Below, piece after piece: positions 55,929 through 64,000 of a stretch of DNA of 64,000 nucleotides. How positions within the stretch are numbered: the stretch's first letter is position 1; every line of letters starts with the position of its first letter. Under the pieces are notes generated by a model that worked only from the letters and a program-made list of their open reading frames with translations, was not told the DNA's origin and searched no databases. The stretch is from the NCBI GenBank assembly GCA_049602055.1, contig JBMYRG010000008.1:20618-84617 (forward strand), written 5' to 3'. This DNA is from Alphaproteobacteria bacterium (lineage in GTDB: Bacteria > Pseudomonadota > Alphaproteobacteria > MPNO01 > UBA2964). The translations under genes were made by a program, and so were the position numbers.

Positions 55929-56407
55929 GCGAACATAAAATCACTCTTACTGTAAATGGACGCGAGATGTCAGGCCACGCTGAAGCACGGCTGACATTGG
56001 TTGATTTTTTACGTGATGTGTTGGGACAGACCGGTACGCATATCGGCTGCGAACATGGCGTCTGCGGCGCCTGCTCAGTGGTTATGGACGGCAAACCAGT
56101 CCGCTCCTGTTTGATGTTTGCCGTCATGGCGGATGGTCATGACATCATGACCGTTGAGGGCCTGGAAGGTCCCGAAGGTGAACTCAGCCCGCTGCAGGAC
56201 GCGTTCTGGGAAAACCACGCAATGCAGTGCGGCTACTGCACACCGGGCATGTTGATCGCAACCCATACATTGTTGCAGGAAAATCCCAATCCAAACGAAG
56301 CTGAAATTCGCGAAGCCATTGGGGGGAATTTGTGCCGTTGCACTGGCTATCAGCAGATTGTCGAAGCCGTTCAGATGACGGCCAAGAAATTGCGGGCGGC
56401 AACATAA
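55925..56407 (+). CDS. Molybdenum hydroxylase 2x[2Fe-2S] (small) subunit
   Basis: GCEHGVCGACSV, SC, QCGYCTPG, NLCRCTGY. Confidence 0.97.
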   Translation: MSEHKITLTVNGREMSGHAEARLTLVDFLRDVLGQTGTHIGCEHGVCGACSVVMDGKPVRSCLMFAVMADGHDIMTVEGLEGPEGELSPLQDAFWENHAMQCGYCTPGMLIATHTLLQENPNPNEAEIREAIGGNLCRCTGYQQIVEAVQMTAKKLRAAT

Positions 56408-58806
56408 TGCCTGATACCAATGCCTCACCGGAATACCGCTATATCACCAAGAAGCGTCGCGTTACTGAGGACCGCCGCTTTATCACCGGACGCGGCAACT
56501 TCGCCGCCGATTATAATATGCCTGGCATGTTGCATGTCGCGATGGTCACCAGCCCCTATACTTGCGCCGAAATCAAAGGCATCAATGCCGAGGCGGCGCT
56601 CGCCTTACCCGGCGTTCGCTATGTCCTGACCGGGGCAGAGCTGTTCGAAAACATCAACCCGCTACTATCCGGCCTAGACCTACCCAAGGTTAAACGCATT
56701 CCGCTGGCGCATGAACGAGCGCGCTATGCCGGAGAATGGGTCGCTGCCGTGGTTGCCGAAACCCGTCATATCGCGGAAGACGCCGTCGAGCTGGTGGAGG
56801 TGGATTACAATCCGATTGAATTTGTTATCGACCCGGAAAAAGCGATGCTGCCAGACGCGCCGCTGGTCCACCCGCAACATGGCAGCAACATTCTGTGCGA
56901 TAAAACCTGGGTGTGGGGTGATGTCGATGACGATTTTGAGTCCGCACCGCATTCGCTTGCTTTCCGCGCCCGTTGGAGCCGTTGCTCGACAGTTCCGATA
57001 GAGACCTTCGTTGTCACCGCGAAATGGGATGAAGGCAAAGAGGTCCTCGATGTCTGGGCTTCGATTCAGATGCCGAAATATCCCGAGCAAATCGCCCGCG
57101 CCCTCAGCCTGCCGGTAAACGCCATTAATGTTCATTTCGACGTTGATGTTGGCGGTTCTTACGGTCTCAAACGCGGCATTCGGCAGACCGTGATCGTCAG
57201 CTATCTGACCCGTAAGCTACGCGCGCCGGTGCGTTTCAACGAAGATCGTCTTGAGAATATGTCTGGCGGCGAAATGCATGGCCCTGACCGTATCTTCGAT
57301 ATGGAAGTCGCCTTTGATGATGACGGCATCATGCATTCACTCAAGATAAAGGCCACGGATGACGCTGGATGCTATCCCGGTCGGGCGCCTCTGCAACTCG
57401 GTAAACCGGTTAGTGCCATTGTCGGGCCCTATAGGATCAAGAGCGCGTCCTATACCGCCATTTCTGTAACAACAAACAAGACCAGCCAGGAAGCTGTCCG
57501 TGGCTTTGGGCAGGCCCCGACCAATTTTGCCATTGAAGTAATGGTCGACAAGGTCGCGCGCAAACTTGGGATCGACCGTGACGAGGTACGCCGCCGCAAT
57601 TTGATCCGCGCTGATGAGTTCCCGTACCGAATTCCGTCAGGTTCCGAATATGACAGTGGCGATTACCATACCGTCCTCGACAAGCTGCAAGAATCTGCGG
57701 GTTGGCAGGAACTCCTGGCTAAACGCGATGCGATCAGAGCTGAGGGCAAACTTGCCGGACTTGGCATCTCAACCTGCCTCGAACCGTCCGGCGGCAACTC
57801 GTCCTTCGAGCCATTCTTTAATCCGAAAAACGACACGACAACCTGGATGGAATCCTGCTTGATCAAGGTCGATATGTTGGGATCAATTACCGCCTTGATG
57901 GGAACTTCGACATCAGGCCAGGGGCACGAAACACTCCTGTCCGCCGTGATTGGTGAAGTCCTCGAACGCGACCCGGACACGATCCGCGGCGTACATGCAG
58001 AATCTCTGGGCGCCCTGCCCTCCAACAGCCCCGTTGGCAGCCGTATGGCAATTATGCTTGGCGGTGCGGCAGCAGGTGCCGCAGAGAAAATCAAGAAACA
58101 GCTTCTCGAAATAGCGGCCCATAATTTCCAGCTACCGGTCGACCGGCTGATCTATGACGGTGGCGATATCTCGGTCGATGGCGACCCAGACAAAGTCATG
58201 AGCTGGAATCTGCTGATCGATATTGCCCATCGCCAATATCATAAAATGCCCCTGGGATCAGAACCGGGCCTGCAGGCGCAGCATACCTGGGAGGTTCCAA
58301 CTGGCGGTGCATTACCCGCCGAAGACGGCACTGTACAAATGTATCCCTGCTACGCTTTTGAGGCTCATATTCCGCTAATTTCAATTGATCCGGAAACCGG
58401 TCAGGTGGAAATCCTCGATTACCATATGGGTCATGATTGTGGCACAGTGCTAAATCCCGACATCGTGCGTGGCATGACCTTTGGCGGCATCGCCCACGGC
58501 ATCGGCGCGGCTTTGTATGAAAAATTCGAATATGACGAAGGCGGCCAGCATTTATCAGGCTCGTTTATGGATTACCTACTGCCTTCGTCGCATGAAATTC
58601 CCCATGTCGAGATGATCAAACATTACACACCATCGCCTCTGACCACGTTTGGTCAGAAGGGGTCGGGTGAATCCGGTTATCTCGGCGCACCAGCCGCTAT
58701 CGCCAGCGCTGTCAATGACGCGCTGGCACCACTTGGGAAATCTATCGAAACCCTACCGATGCGAGTTCGTGATATCGAGGCCCTGCTCAATGGGCAAATT
58801 GAATAA
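56407..58806 (+). CDS. Molybdenum hydroxylase molybdopterin (large) subunit, xanthine-dehydrogenase family, not CO dehydrogenase
   Basis: ED.RFITGRG, VGGSYG.K, active-site loop EAVRGFGQ, GQGHET, GGIAHGIG, DYLLP, KGSGE. ATG 56407 overlaps the stop of the small subunit. Confidence 0.93.
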   Translation: MPDTNASPEYRYITKKRRVTEDRRFITGRGNFAADYNMPGMLHVAMVTSPYTCAEIKGINAEAALALPGVRYVLTGAELFENINPLLSGLDLPKVKRIPLAHERARYAGEWVAAVVAETRHIAEDAVELVEVDYNPIEFVIDPEKAMLPDAPLVHPQHGSNILCDKTWVWGDVDDDFESAPHSLAFRARWSRCSTVPIETFVVTAKWDEGKEVLDVWASIQMPKYPEQIARALSLPVNAINVHFDVDVGGSYGLKRGIRQTVIVSYLTRKLRAPVRFNEDRLENMSGGEMHGPDRIFDMEVAFDDDGIMHSLKIKATDDAGCYPGRAPLQLGKPVSAIVGPYRIKSASYTAISVTTNKTSQEAVRGFGQAPTNFAIEVMVDKVARKLGIDRDEVRRRNLIRADEFPYRIPSGSEYDSGDYHTVLDKLQESAGWQELLAKRDAIRAEGKLAGLGISTCLEPSGGNSSFEPFFNPKNDTTTWMESCLIKVDMLGSITALMGTSTSGQGHETLLSAVIGEVLERDPDTIRGVHAESLGALPSNSPVGSRMAIMLGGAAAGAAEKIKKQLLEIAAHNFQLPVDRLIYDGGDISVDGDPDKVMSWNLLIDIAHRQYHKMPLGSEPGLQAQHTWEVPTGGALPAEDGTVQMYPCYAFEAHIPLISIDPETGQVEILDYHMGHDCGTVLNPDIVRGMTFGGIAHGIGAALYEKFEYDEGGQHLSGSFMDYLLPSSHEIPHVEMIKHYTPSPLTTFGQKGSGESGYLGAPAAIASAVNDALAPLGKSIETLPMRVRDIEALLNGQIE

Positions 58807-58840
58807 ACCACACTGACAAACATATCCTGGGAGAGAAGAG

Positions 58841-59563
58841 ATGAGCGATGAGCTGCTGATTAAACAAAACGGACGCATTCTGGAGGCAACCCTCAACCGC
58901 GAAGACGGCGCCTGTTCAGATGCAATGGCTGCCGAACTCTCCGCCGCCATGCTTGCCGCGCATGAAACCTCCGACATGGTTCTGCTCCGCAGTGCCGGAC
59001 CGGATTTCTGCACCGGACGCGCCCGCAACGCCGATGCCGGCAAGCCTGACCCGGAAGCCTATGCCCGCCGCAAAGAATATGACTCGATCTTCAATTGCTA
59101 CAAAGCAATCCGCAATGCTCAGGTGCCAATTGTCGGTGTCATCGAAGGCCGTTGCATGGGCTTTGGCACAGCCGTCGCCGCATTGTGCGACGTGTCATTC
59201 GCCAGCAGCACGGCAACCTTTAATATCCCAGAGATCGCCCACAACGTCATGCCAACCATGGTGATGTCGGCGCTCTATGACCGGATCAATCGCAACGCCA
59301 TCATGTGGATGACCTATACGACACAGTTTATAGATGCAGACCGCGCACTGAATTATGGCTTCATCAGCCAGGTTGTCGATGCGGACAAACTCAATGCCGA
59401 AGTCGATCAGTTCTGCGAGACCCTGTTGAGCCGACCGCGCCCGGCGATTCTGGGACTCAAGGAATATCTCCACGTCGCACCGAAGATGGACGAGCTTGGT
59501 GCCATTGATTACGGTCGTGCATTGCATTCCATGGTCAATACTGCGGCCGACATGAAAAAATAG
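58841..59563 (+). CDS. Atypical crotonase (enoyl-CoA hydratase/isomerase superfamily)
   Basis: TLNR, VPIVGVIEGRCMGFG, CDVSFAS, FNIPE, A..AL.YGFISQVV. Confidence 0.85.
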   Translation: MSDELLIKQNGRILEATLNREDGACSDAMAAELSAAMLAAHETSDMVLLRSAGPDFCTGRARNADAGKPDPEAYARRKEYDSIFNCYKAIRNAQVPIVGVIEGRCMGFGTAVAALCDVSFASSTATFNIPEIAHNVMPTMVMSALYDRINRNAIMWMTYTTQFIDADRALNYGFISQVVDADKLNAEVDQFCETLLSRPRPAILGLKEYLHVAPKMDELGAIDYGRALHSMVNTAADMKK

Positions 59564-59572
59564 AGGTCTATT

Positions 59573-60571
59573 ATGATCGTCGATACCCATGCCCATTACC
59601 TTCCCCAGGCAATGCTGGAGGGTTTAAACAATCGTGGCTCGGATTTTCCCAATATCGACTGTCTGAATGAGGACAATGTCTGGAAGCTCGGCTTCTCAGG
59701 TGGACCCCTAACAAGACCAATCCTGCCCGGGCTGCGTCAGAGCGACACCCGGCTGCAATGGATGGACGATCAAAAGATCGACGCGATGGTATGCGGTGGC
59801 TGGCTCGACAGCTTCGGATATGAAATCCCGGATGCTGAGGGCAAACGCTGGAGCCAGTTCATCAATGAGCATCTGCTGAAGGCCTGTTCCGAGTCGGATC
59901 GCTTTGCGCCGCTCTGCAGTGTACCATTGCAAAACGGCAGGATGGCGGCAGAGGTTCTGGAAGAAGCCCTCAATGCTGGTTTCCATGGCGCGATGATTGG
60001 TACTCAGCCCAAGGGCGGCGAAGGCAATCTCGACGATCCAGACCTCGATCCATTTTGGGAGGTTGCCTCAGACCGTAAGGCCGCGATTTATCTGCACCCG
60101 ATGTTTGGCTGTGGTGATCCACGTTTGCTGGATTACGCGCTGATAAACACGGTTGGGCGCGGAATAGACACCATTACCGCAATGTCTCGCCTGATCTTTG
60201 CCGGTCATCTGCAAAAATATTCCGGCATGAATTTTGTTCTCAGCCATGGCGGCGGCGGGCTTCCGTTTCTCCTCGGTCGATTGCAGATGAACCACGACCA
60301 CAATCCTGAATGGGGCAATCCTCGGGCCAGCCTGGACGCCTGCTATTACGACACGGTGGTCAATGACGTAAAAACCCTGGAATTCGTTTGCAAAGTATTC
60401 GGCGCGGGAAAAGTCATGATGGGATCAGATTACCCCTTTGCCTTTGGCGATCTGGAACCACGCAAAATCATTGAAGCGGCTGACCTCACAGACAGCGACA
60501 AGCAAAGCATCCTCGGTGATGTCGCAGAACGTATCTTCCATCTCGAAGATTGCGGCTGCGCCCATAGCTAG
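59573..60571 (+). CDS. Amidohydrolase_2-family (ACMSD/LigW/LigJ-like) decarboxylase or hydratase
   Basis: DTHAH (HxH), MDDQKID, LDDPDLDPFWE, YLHP, LSHGGG.LP, GSDYPF. Confidence 0.88.
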   Translation: MIVDTHAHYLPQAMLEGLNNRGSDFPNIDCLNEDNVWKLGFSGGPLTRPILPGLRQSDTRLQWMDDQKIDAMVCGGWLDSFGYEIPDAEGKRWSQFINEHLLKACSESDRFAPLCSVPLQNGRMAAEVLEEALNAGFHGAMIGTQPKGGEGNLDDPDLDPFWEVASDRKAAIYLHPMFGCGDPRLLDYALINTVGRGIDTITAMSRLIFAGHLQKYSGMNFVLSHGGGGLPFLLGRLQMNHDHNPEWGNPRASLDACYYDTVVNDVKTLEFVCKVFGAGKVMMGSDYPFAFGDLEPRKIIEAADLTDSDKQSILGDVAERIFHLEDCGCAHS

Positions 60572-60593
60572 GACTAAACGTATACCGAAATAT

Positions 60594-60626
60594 CGGCGGC
60601 CCGAATTATTCGGTGCCGCCGTTTTT
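60594..60626 (+). terminator. Intrinsic terminator inside the Mo-hydroxylase gene string
   Basis: CGGCGGCCCGAA-tta-TTCGG(t)GCCGCCG followed by TTTTT. Confidence 0.75.
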
Positions 60627-60677
60627 CGTTCTAACGTTCCGCGCTATGCTTGTGGCCAATAGGAAAAGGAGAGCGCG

Positions 60678-62210
60678 GTGAGTGACACAGCAATATTGAT
60701 CAAAGGTGGCCGGGTGATGACCCCTGAGGCCGATCCACATGTCCCTGCCATTCAGGATGTTCTGATCGAAAATCAAAACATCACTGAAATTGGTTCCAAC
60801 CTGACCGCACCGAATGGTACCGAAATCATCGATGCCACGGACCGGCTCGTCATTCCCGGTTTTATTAACGCGCATTACCATTCGCATGACACGCTTGGCA
60901 AAGGCGTGATGGAAGAAACGCCACTTGAAACCTGGCGTTTGTTGGCCCTACCACCCGCCTACCCCAAACGCAGCCGCGAAGAGATCAAGGCGCGGACGCT
61001 CCTGGGCGCATTAGAATGTTTGCGGTCAGGTATGACCTGCGTGCAGGACATGGTGACGCTCTACCCGTTCGATCCCGAGCATCTCGAAGCTGTGATTGAA
61101 GCTTATGAAGAGATCGGAATTCGCGCCGTCGTTGGACTGCAATATGGCGACATCAAGGGCATCGACACGATCCCGTTCTGGCGCGAGGTGTTCCCGGAAG
61201 AGTTTCACGACCGGCTCACCACCGCCGCGGAGCCCGACAAGAAGTTCGACCAGCTCGGCCATTTTATCGATACATATCTCAACAATGACGCCATCAGTGA
61301 CCGTATTGGCTGGGCGCTGGGCCCATCAGCGCCGGAGCGCTGCTCTAGTGAGCTGATCGCCCGCACGGTTGAATTATCCGAAAAGCATGACCTGCCAATC
61401 TTTACCCATATATATGAGTCCAAAGGCATGGCCCTTCAGGCGCGCCGGGAATACCCGCAACATGGCGGCTCGTTGATCCGGCGTCTCAAGGAAGAAGGCT
61501 TACTCGGACCGCGACTCAATCTGGCGCATAGCGTTTGGCTGTTGCCGGAAGAGATCGACATGCTCGGTGAAACCGGTACCAATGTCGTGATCAACCCGCT
61601 GAGCAATACCAAGCTCAAGAGCGGTATCCCGCCGATCCTCGGATTGCAGGAAGCCGGGGTCAGCCTCGGCATTGGCTGCGACAACTGTTCGTGCAGCGAT
61701 GCCCAGAACATGTTTCAGGCGATGAAGCTTTTCTGTCTGATGGTCGCCGTCAGCAATCACGCGCCGAGCCCTGCGCAATCAGGGGCTGCTTTTACCGCCG
61801 CCACGACTGGCGGCGCCCACGCCATTCGCCGGGATGACCTTGGCAAAATTGCGGTCGGGGCCAAGGCAGATATCACGCTGCTGAATCTCACCGATCCATC
61901 TTACATCCCGCTTAACAGCGCCACCCGTCAGGTCGTCTACACCGAAGGCGGGCGCGGGGTAAAAACCGTTATCATCGACGGCAGAGTGATCATCCAGGAT
62001 GGAAGATTACAGACCATGGATGAAGAAGCGCTGATCGCCCAAATCATGGAGGTCGTGCCTAAGTTCCAGAAAGATTATGCCGAGATCAAAGCGCGGGTCG
62101 AAGGCATGAAACCCTATCTCGACGAAGCGCATCGTCGTATCTGGAGAGAAGATGTCGGGATTGATCGTATTTATCACGACAGCCAGCACGCCAACGCGCC
62201 CCGGTTTTAG
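60678..62210 (+). CDS. Atz/Trz-like mononuclear amidohydrolase (deaminase/dechlorinase family)
   Basis: PGFINAHYHS (HxH), GPSAPERCS, THIYE (HxxE), LAHSVW, NPLSNTKL.SG, GCDN. Confidence 0.88.
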   Translation: MSDTAILIKGGRVMTPEADPHVPAIQDVLIENQNITEIGSNLTAPNGTEIIDATDRLVIPGFINAHYHSHDTLGKGVMEETPLETWRLLALPPAYPKRSREEIKARTLLGALECLRSGMTCVQDMVTLYPFDPEHLEAVIEAYEEIGIRAVVGLQYGDIKGIDTIPFWREVFPEEFHDRLTTAAEPDKKFDQLGHFIDTYLNNDAISDRIGWALGPSAPERCSSELIARTVELSEKHDLPIFTHIYESKGMALQARREYPQHGGSLIRRLKEEGLLGPRLNLAHSVWLLPEEIDMLGETGTNVVINPLSNTKLKSGIPPILGLQEAGVSLGIGCDNCSCSDAQNMFQAMKLFCLMVAVSNHAPSPAQSGAAFTAATTGGAHAIRRDDLGKIAVGAKADITLLNLTDPSYIPLNSATRQVVYTEGGRGVKTVIIDGRVIIQDGRLQTMDEEALIAQIMEVVPKFQKDYAEIKARVEGMKPYLDEAHRRIWREDVGIDRIYHDSQHANAPRF

Positions 62211-62214
62211 GACA

Positions 62215-62973
62215 TCAACCTCCCGCGTTAAGAGGCGTCATTTCGAGAAATTCGGAAACACGTGTGCCTTCATAAAAGGCGGTTTGAAAAGCGGGGCGCG
62301 CCTGCATACGATCATACCAATCAACAACCGTTGGCAGATCGGACCACAATGATGCGTATCCCAGATCGGCCATCCGGTCGATTAGCGGCGCCACAATGAT
62401 GTCTGCTAAGGTATAAGCTTCGCCCATCAACCACGGTCCTTCCGCGGTTAGCGCGCGATCCATCCGTTCGCAGGTTTGCCGGAGCTGGTCCATCGAGGCT
62501 TTTACTTCCACATCAGAAAAACCCGTACGCCCCATCTTCTCAAAGAAGTGTTTGCGCAGGGGTCTGGGGCCAGCCTCCTCCTCAAGAAACTGCTCATCAT
62601 CTAGCCCATGGAAACGCGGCAGGAACACCATATTAAAAGACGGCACCCGAACGGCGGCTGTCGGCACTTCTTCCATAAACCGCATCCAGGCTCGCATCCG
62701 GGCGAGCTCCGCAGGGTCCTGGGGGACCAGCGGGGGATCAGGAAACACCTCGTCGATATATTCGCAAATCACGCTGGAATCGATGATTACCGTTCCGCCA
62801 TGAACAAGGGTTGGGACGACCCCATTGGGATTGAGCTTCAGATATTCTGGCGAGATTTGATCTTTCTTGCCGAGATCAAGTAGATGATCGGTCCATTCCA
62901 ATCCCTTTTCCGCCATACAGATTCTGACTTTCTGGCTACAGGTTGAGTGGCGGGCATTGTAAAGCTCAAGCAT
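62215..62973 (-). CDS. Glutathione S-transferase family protein (STCSQK type), copy 2
   Basis: LYNARHSTCSQKVR, LNPNGVVPTL, DSSVICEYID, TLADI. Confidence 0.9.
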   Translation of the reverse strand: MLELYNARHSTCSQKVRICMAEKGLEWTDHLLDLGKKDQISPEYLKLNPNGVVPTLVHGGTVIIDSSVICEYIDEVFPDPPLVPQDPAELARMRAWMRFMEEVPTAAVRVPSFNMVFLPRFHGLDDEQFLEEEAGPRPLRKHFFEKMGRTGFSDVEVKASMDQLRQTCERMDRALTAEGPWLMGEAYTLADIIVAPLIDRMADLGYASLWSDLPTVVDWYDRMQARPAFQTAFYEGTRVSEFLEMTPLNAGG

Positions 62974-63141
62974 ATTGGTTCTTTCACAATAGTCATTTCC
63001 AGCACGATACGGGAATCAGCAGAACGCTTCGAGAGGCAATCTCAGACGGGGCTCCCCGTCTCTTGAAAATTGGGTTATTTTGTTTTCACAAAAATTACGG
63101 GGCCGGTATCGGTACCCAGAATTCGATATAGGGAGTGAGAG

Positions 63142-64000
63142 ATGAGCCGGTTAGACCGCTGCTATAACATTGCCGATTTACGGGAAGTTGCCGAAAGCCG
63201 CCTGCCAAAGGGTGTTTTCGACTATATCGACAAAGGCACAGAAGACATGCAATCGCTCGGCAATAACCGTTCGGCGATGACCGACATCAAACTCCTGAAC
63301 CGGGTCATTACGGATATTTCCGATGTTCAGTTAGAGGCAGAGATTTTTGGCGCCAGTGCCGCCATGCCGCTGGCGATTGCGCCAACGGGAACAGCGGGAC
63401 TGGCCTGGTATGAAGGTGAATTTGAACTCGCAAAGGCTGCTGCCGCTGCGGGCGTCCCCTTCTCGCTCGCCACCGGCTCCAACACACCGATGGAAAAGCT
63501 TGCCAATGAAGCCGGTGGGCGGCTGTGGATGCAGCTTTATATGTGGAAGGAAAAACATTATTCGGACGAGCTGGTCAAAAAAGCGGCGCGCAACGGATTT
63601 GAAGCCTTGCTGTGGACAGTAGATATCGGCCATGGCGCGAACCGCGAGCACAATCTACGCAATGGCTTTGCAACGCCGTACGTACTGAACGCAAAATCGG
63701 TCGTCGACATGCTGCGCCATCCGACCTGGCTTTCTACTGTGATGGGGCGCTATTTCATGAATGGTGGGATGCCGAAGCATGTAAATTACCCCGAAGGCTA
63801 TCAGATGCCAATCACGGGAAATGTCTCCAAGCTAGGCGACAAGAAACCAACCACCAAGCGAGCCGACCAACTGTCGTGGGACGACGTCGATCGGCTACGC
63901 GATATTTTCCCTGGCAAACTTCTGATCAAAGGCATTATGCGCGCCGATGACGCCGAAGAAGCGATTGAGCATGGTGTCGATGGTATTGTCGTCTCCAACC
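63142..64000 (+). CDS. FMN-dependent alpha-hydroxy-acid oxidase/dehydrogenase (LldD/MdlB family), truncated by window end; not in ORF track
   Basis: Manual translation from ATG 63142: MSRLDRCYNIADLREVAESRLPKGVFDYIDKG...PLAIAPTG...WMQLY...LWTVD...NREHNLRNGF...GKLLIKGI...DGIVVSN. Confidence 0.93.
   Translation, partial: MSRLDRCYNIADLREVAESRLPKGVFDYIDKGTEDMQSLGNNRSAMTDIKLLNRVITDISDVQLEAEIFGASAAMPLAIAPTGTAGLAWYEGEFELAKAAAAAGVPFSLATGSNTPMEKLANEAGGRLWMQLYMWKEKHYSDELVKKAARNGFEALLWTVDIGHGANREHNLRNGFATPYVLNAKSVVDMLRHPTWLSTVMGRYFMNGGMPKHVNYPEGYQMPITGNVSKLGDKKPTTKRADQLSWDDVDRLRDIFPGKLLIKGIMRADDAEEAIEHGVDGIVVSN

Noticed and set aside
55047-58806. Aerobic CO dehydrogenase (coxMSL), suggested by the M-S-L gene order
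   Set aside because: The active-site loop is AVRGFGQ, not AYxCSFR or AYRGAGR, and no coxDEFG accessory genes are present.
63044-63061. Hairpin AGACGGGG-ct-CCCCGTCT between the divergent GST and oxidase genes
   Set aside because: It lies between divergent starts with no U-tract, so it is not a terminator; a role as operator or leader structure cannot be supported.
30-63998. The many 60-190 aa ORFs in the track that overlap the called genes in other frames or antisense (for example 1038-1370, 10247-10822, 18277-18858, 46036-46791, 53854-54393)
   Set aside because: Shadow ORFs of well-supported genes in a GC-rich genome; no family motifs, RBS or coding-like composition.
1-64000. CRISPR arrays, tRNA/rRNA genes, integrases, transposases, phage or defence genes, att sites
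   Set aside because: None seen; no regularly spaced repeats and no mobile-element ORFs, so the catabolic region cannot be called a mobile island from this window.

Overview
Alphaproteobacterial chromosome segment, probably Rhodospirillales-like (inferred from gene content and order). About 1-33.4 kb is mostly housekeeping: proC (partial), YbjN, UbiK, fhs, hldD, lgt, MidA-type methyltransferase, pgeF, prs, rplY, pth, ychF, petABC, trmL, hemF, CCA enzyme, NudL and a MoxR/DUF58/vWA operon. Two notable inserts lie in this part: a three-lipoprotein M48 protease operon and an mtnP-mtnA-aldolase/SDR-fusion operon (candidate variant of the DHAP shunt for MTA/5-deoxyadenosine salvage). About 35-64 kb is a dense catabolic region with no recognisable regulator. 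It holds two paralogous TRAP systems with three DctP proteins, a Liv-type ABC transporter, a TauD dioxygenase, two STCSQK-type GSTs, a core-MetE-like protein, a hydroxycinnamoyl-CoA hydratase-lyase homologue, an enamidase variant with DUF1185, a UbiD decarboxylase, a three-subunit molybdenum hydroxylase, an atypical crotonase, two amidohydrolases and an FMN alpha-hydroxy-acid oxidase. This combination matches no pathway I can name and may degrade (hetero)aromatic carboxylates. The ORF track missed three genes: proC, a 181-aa secreted protein apparently starting at ATA, and the truncated terminal oxidase. No rRNA, tRNA, CRISPR array or mobile element was seen. Family calls come from motif recognition and memory, not database searches.
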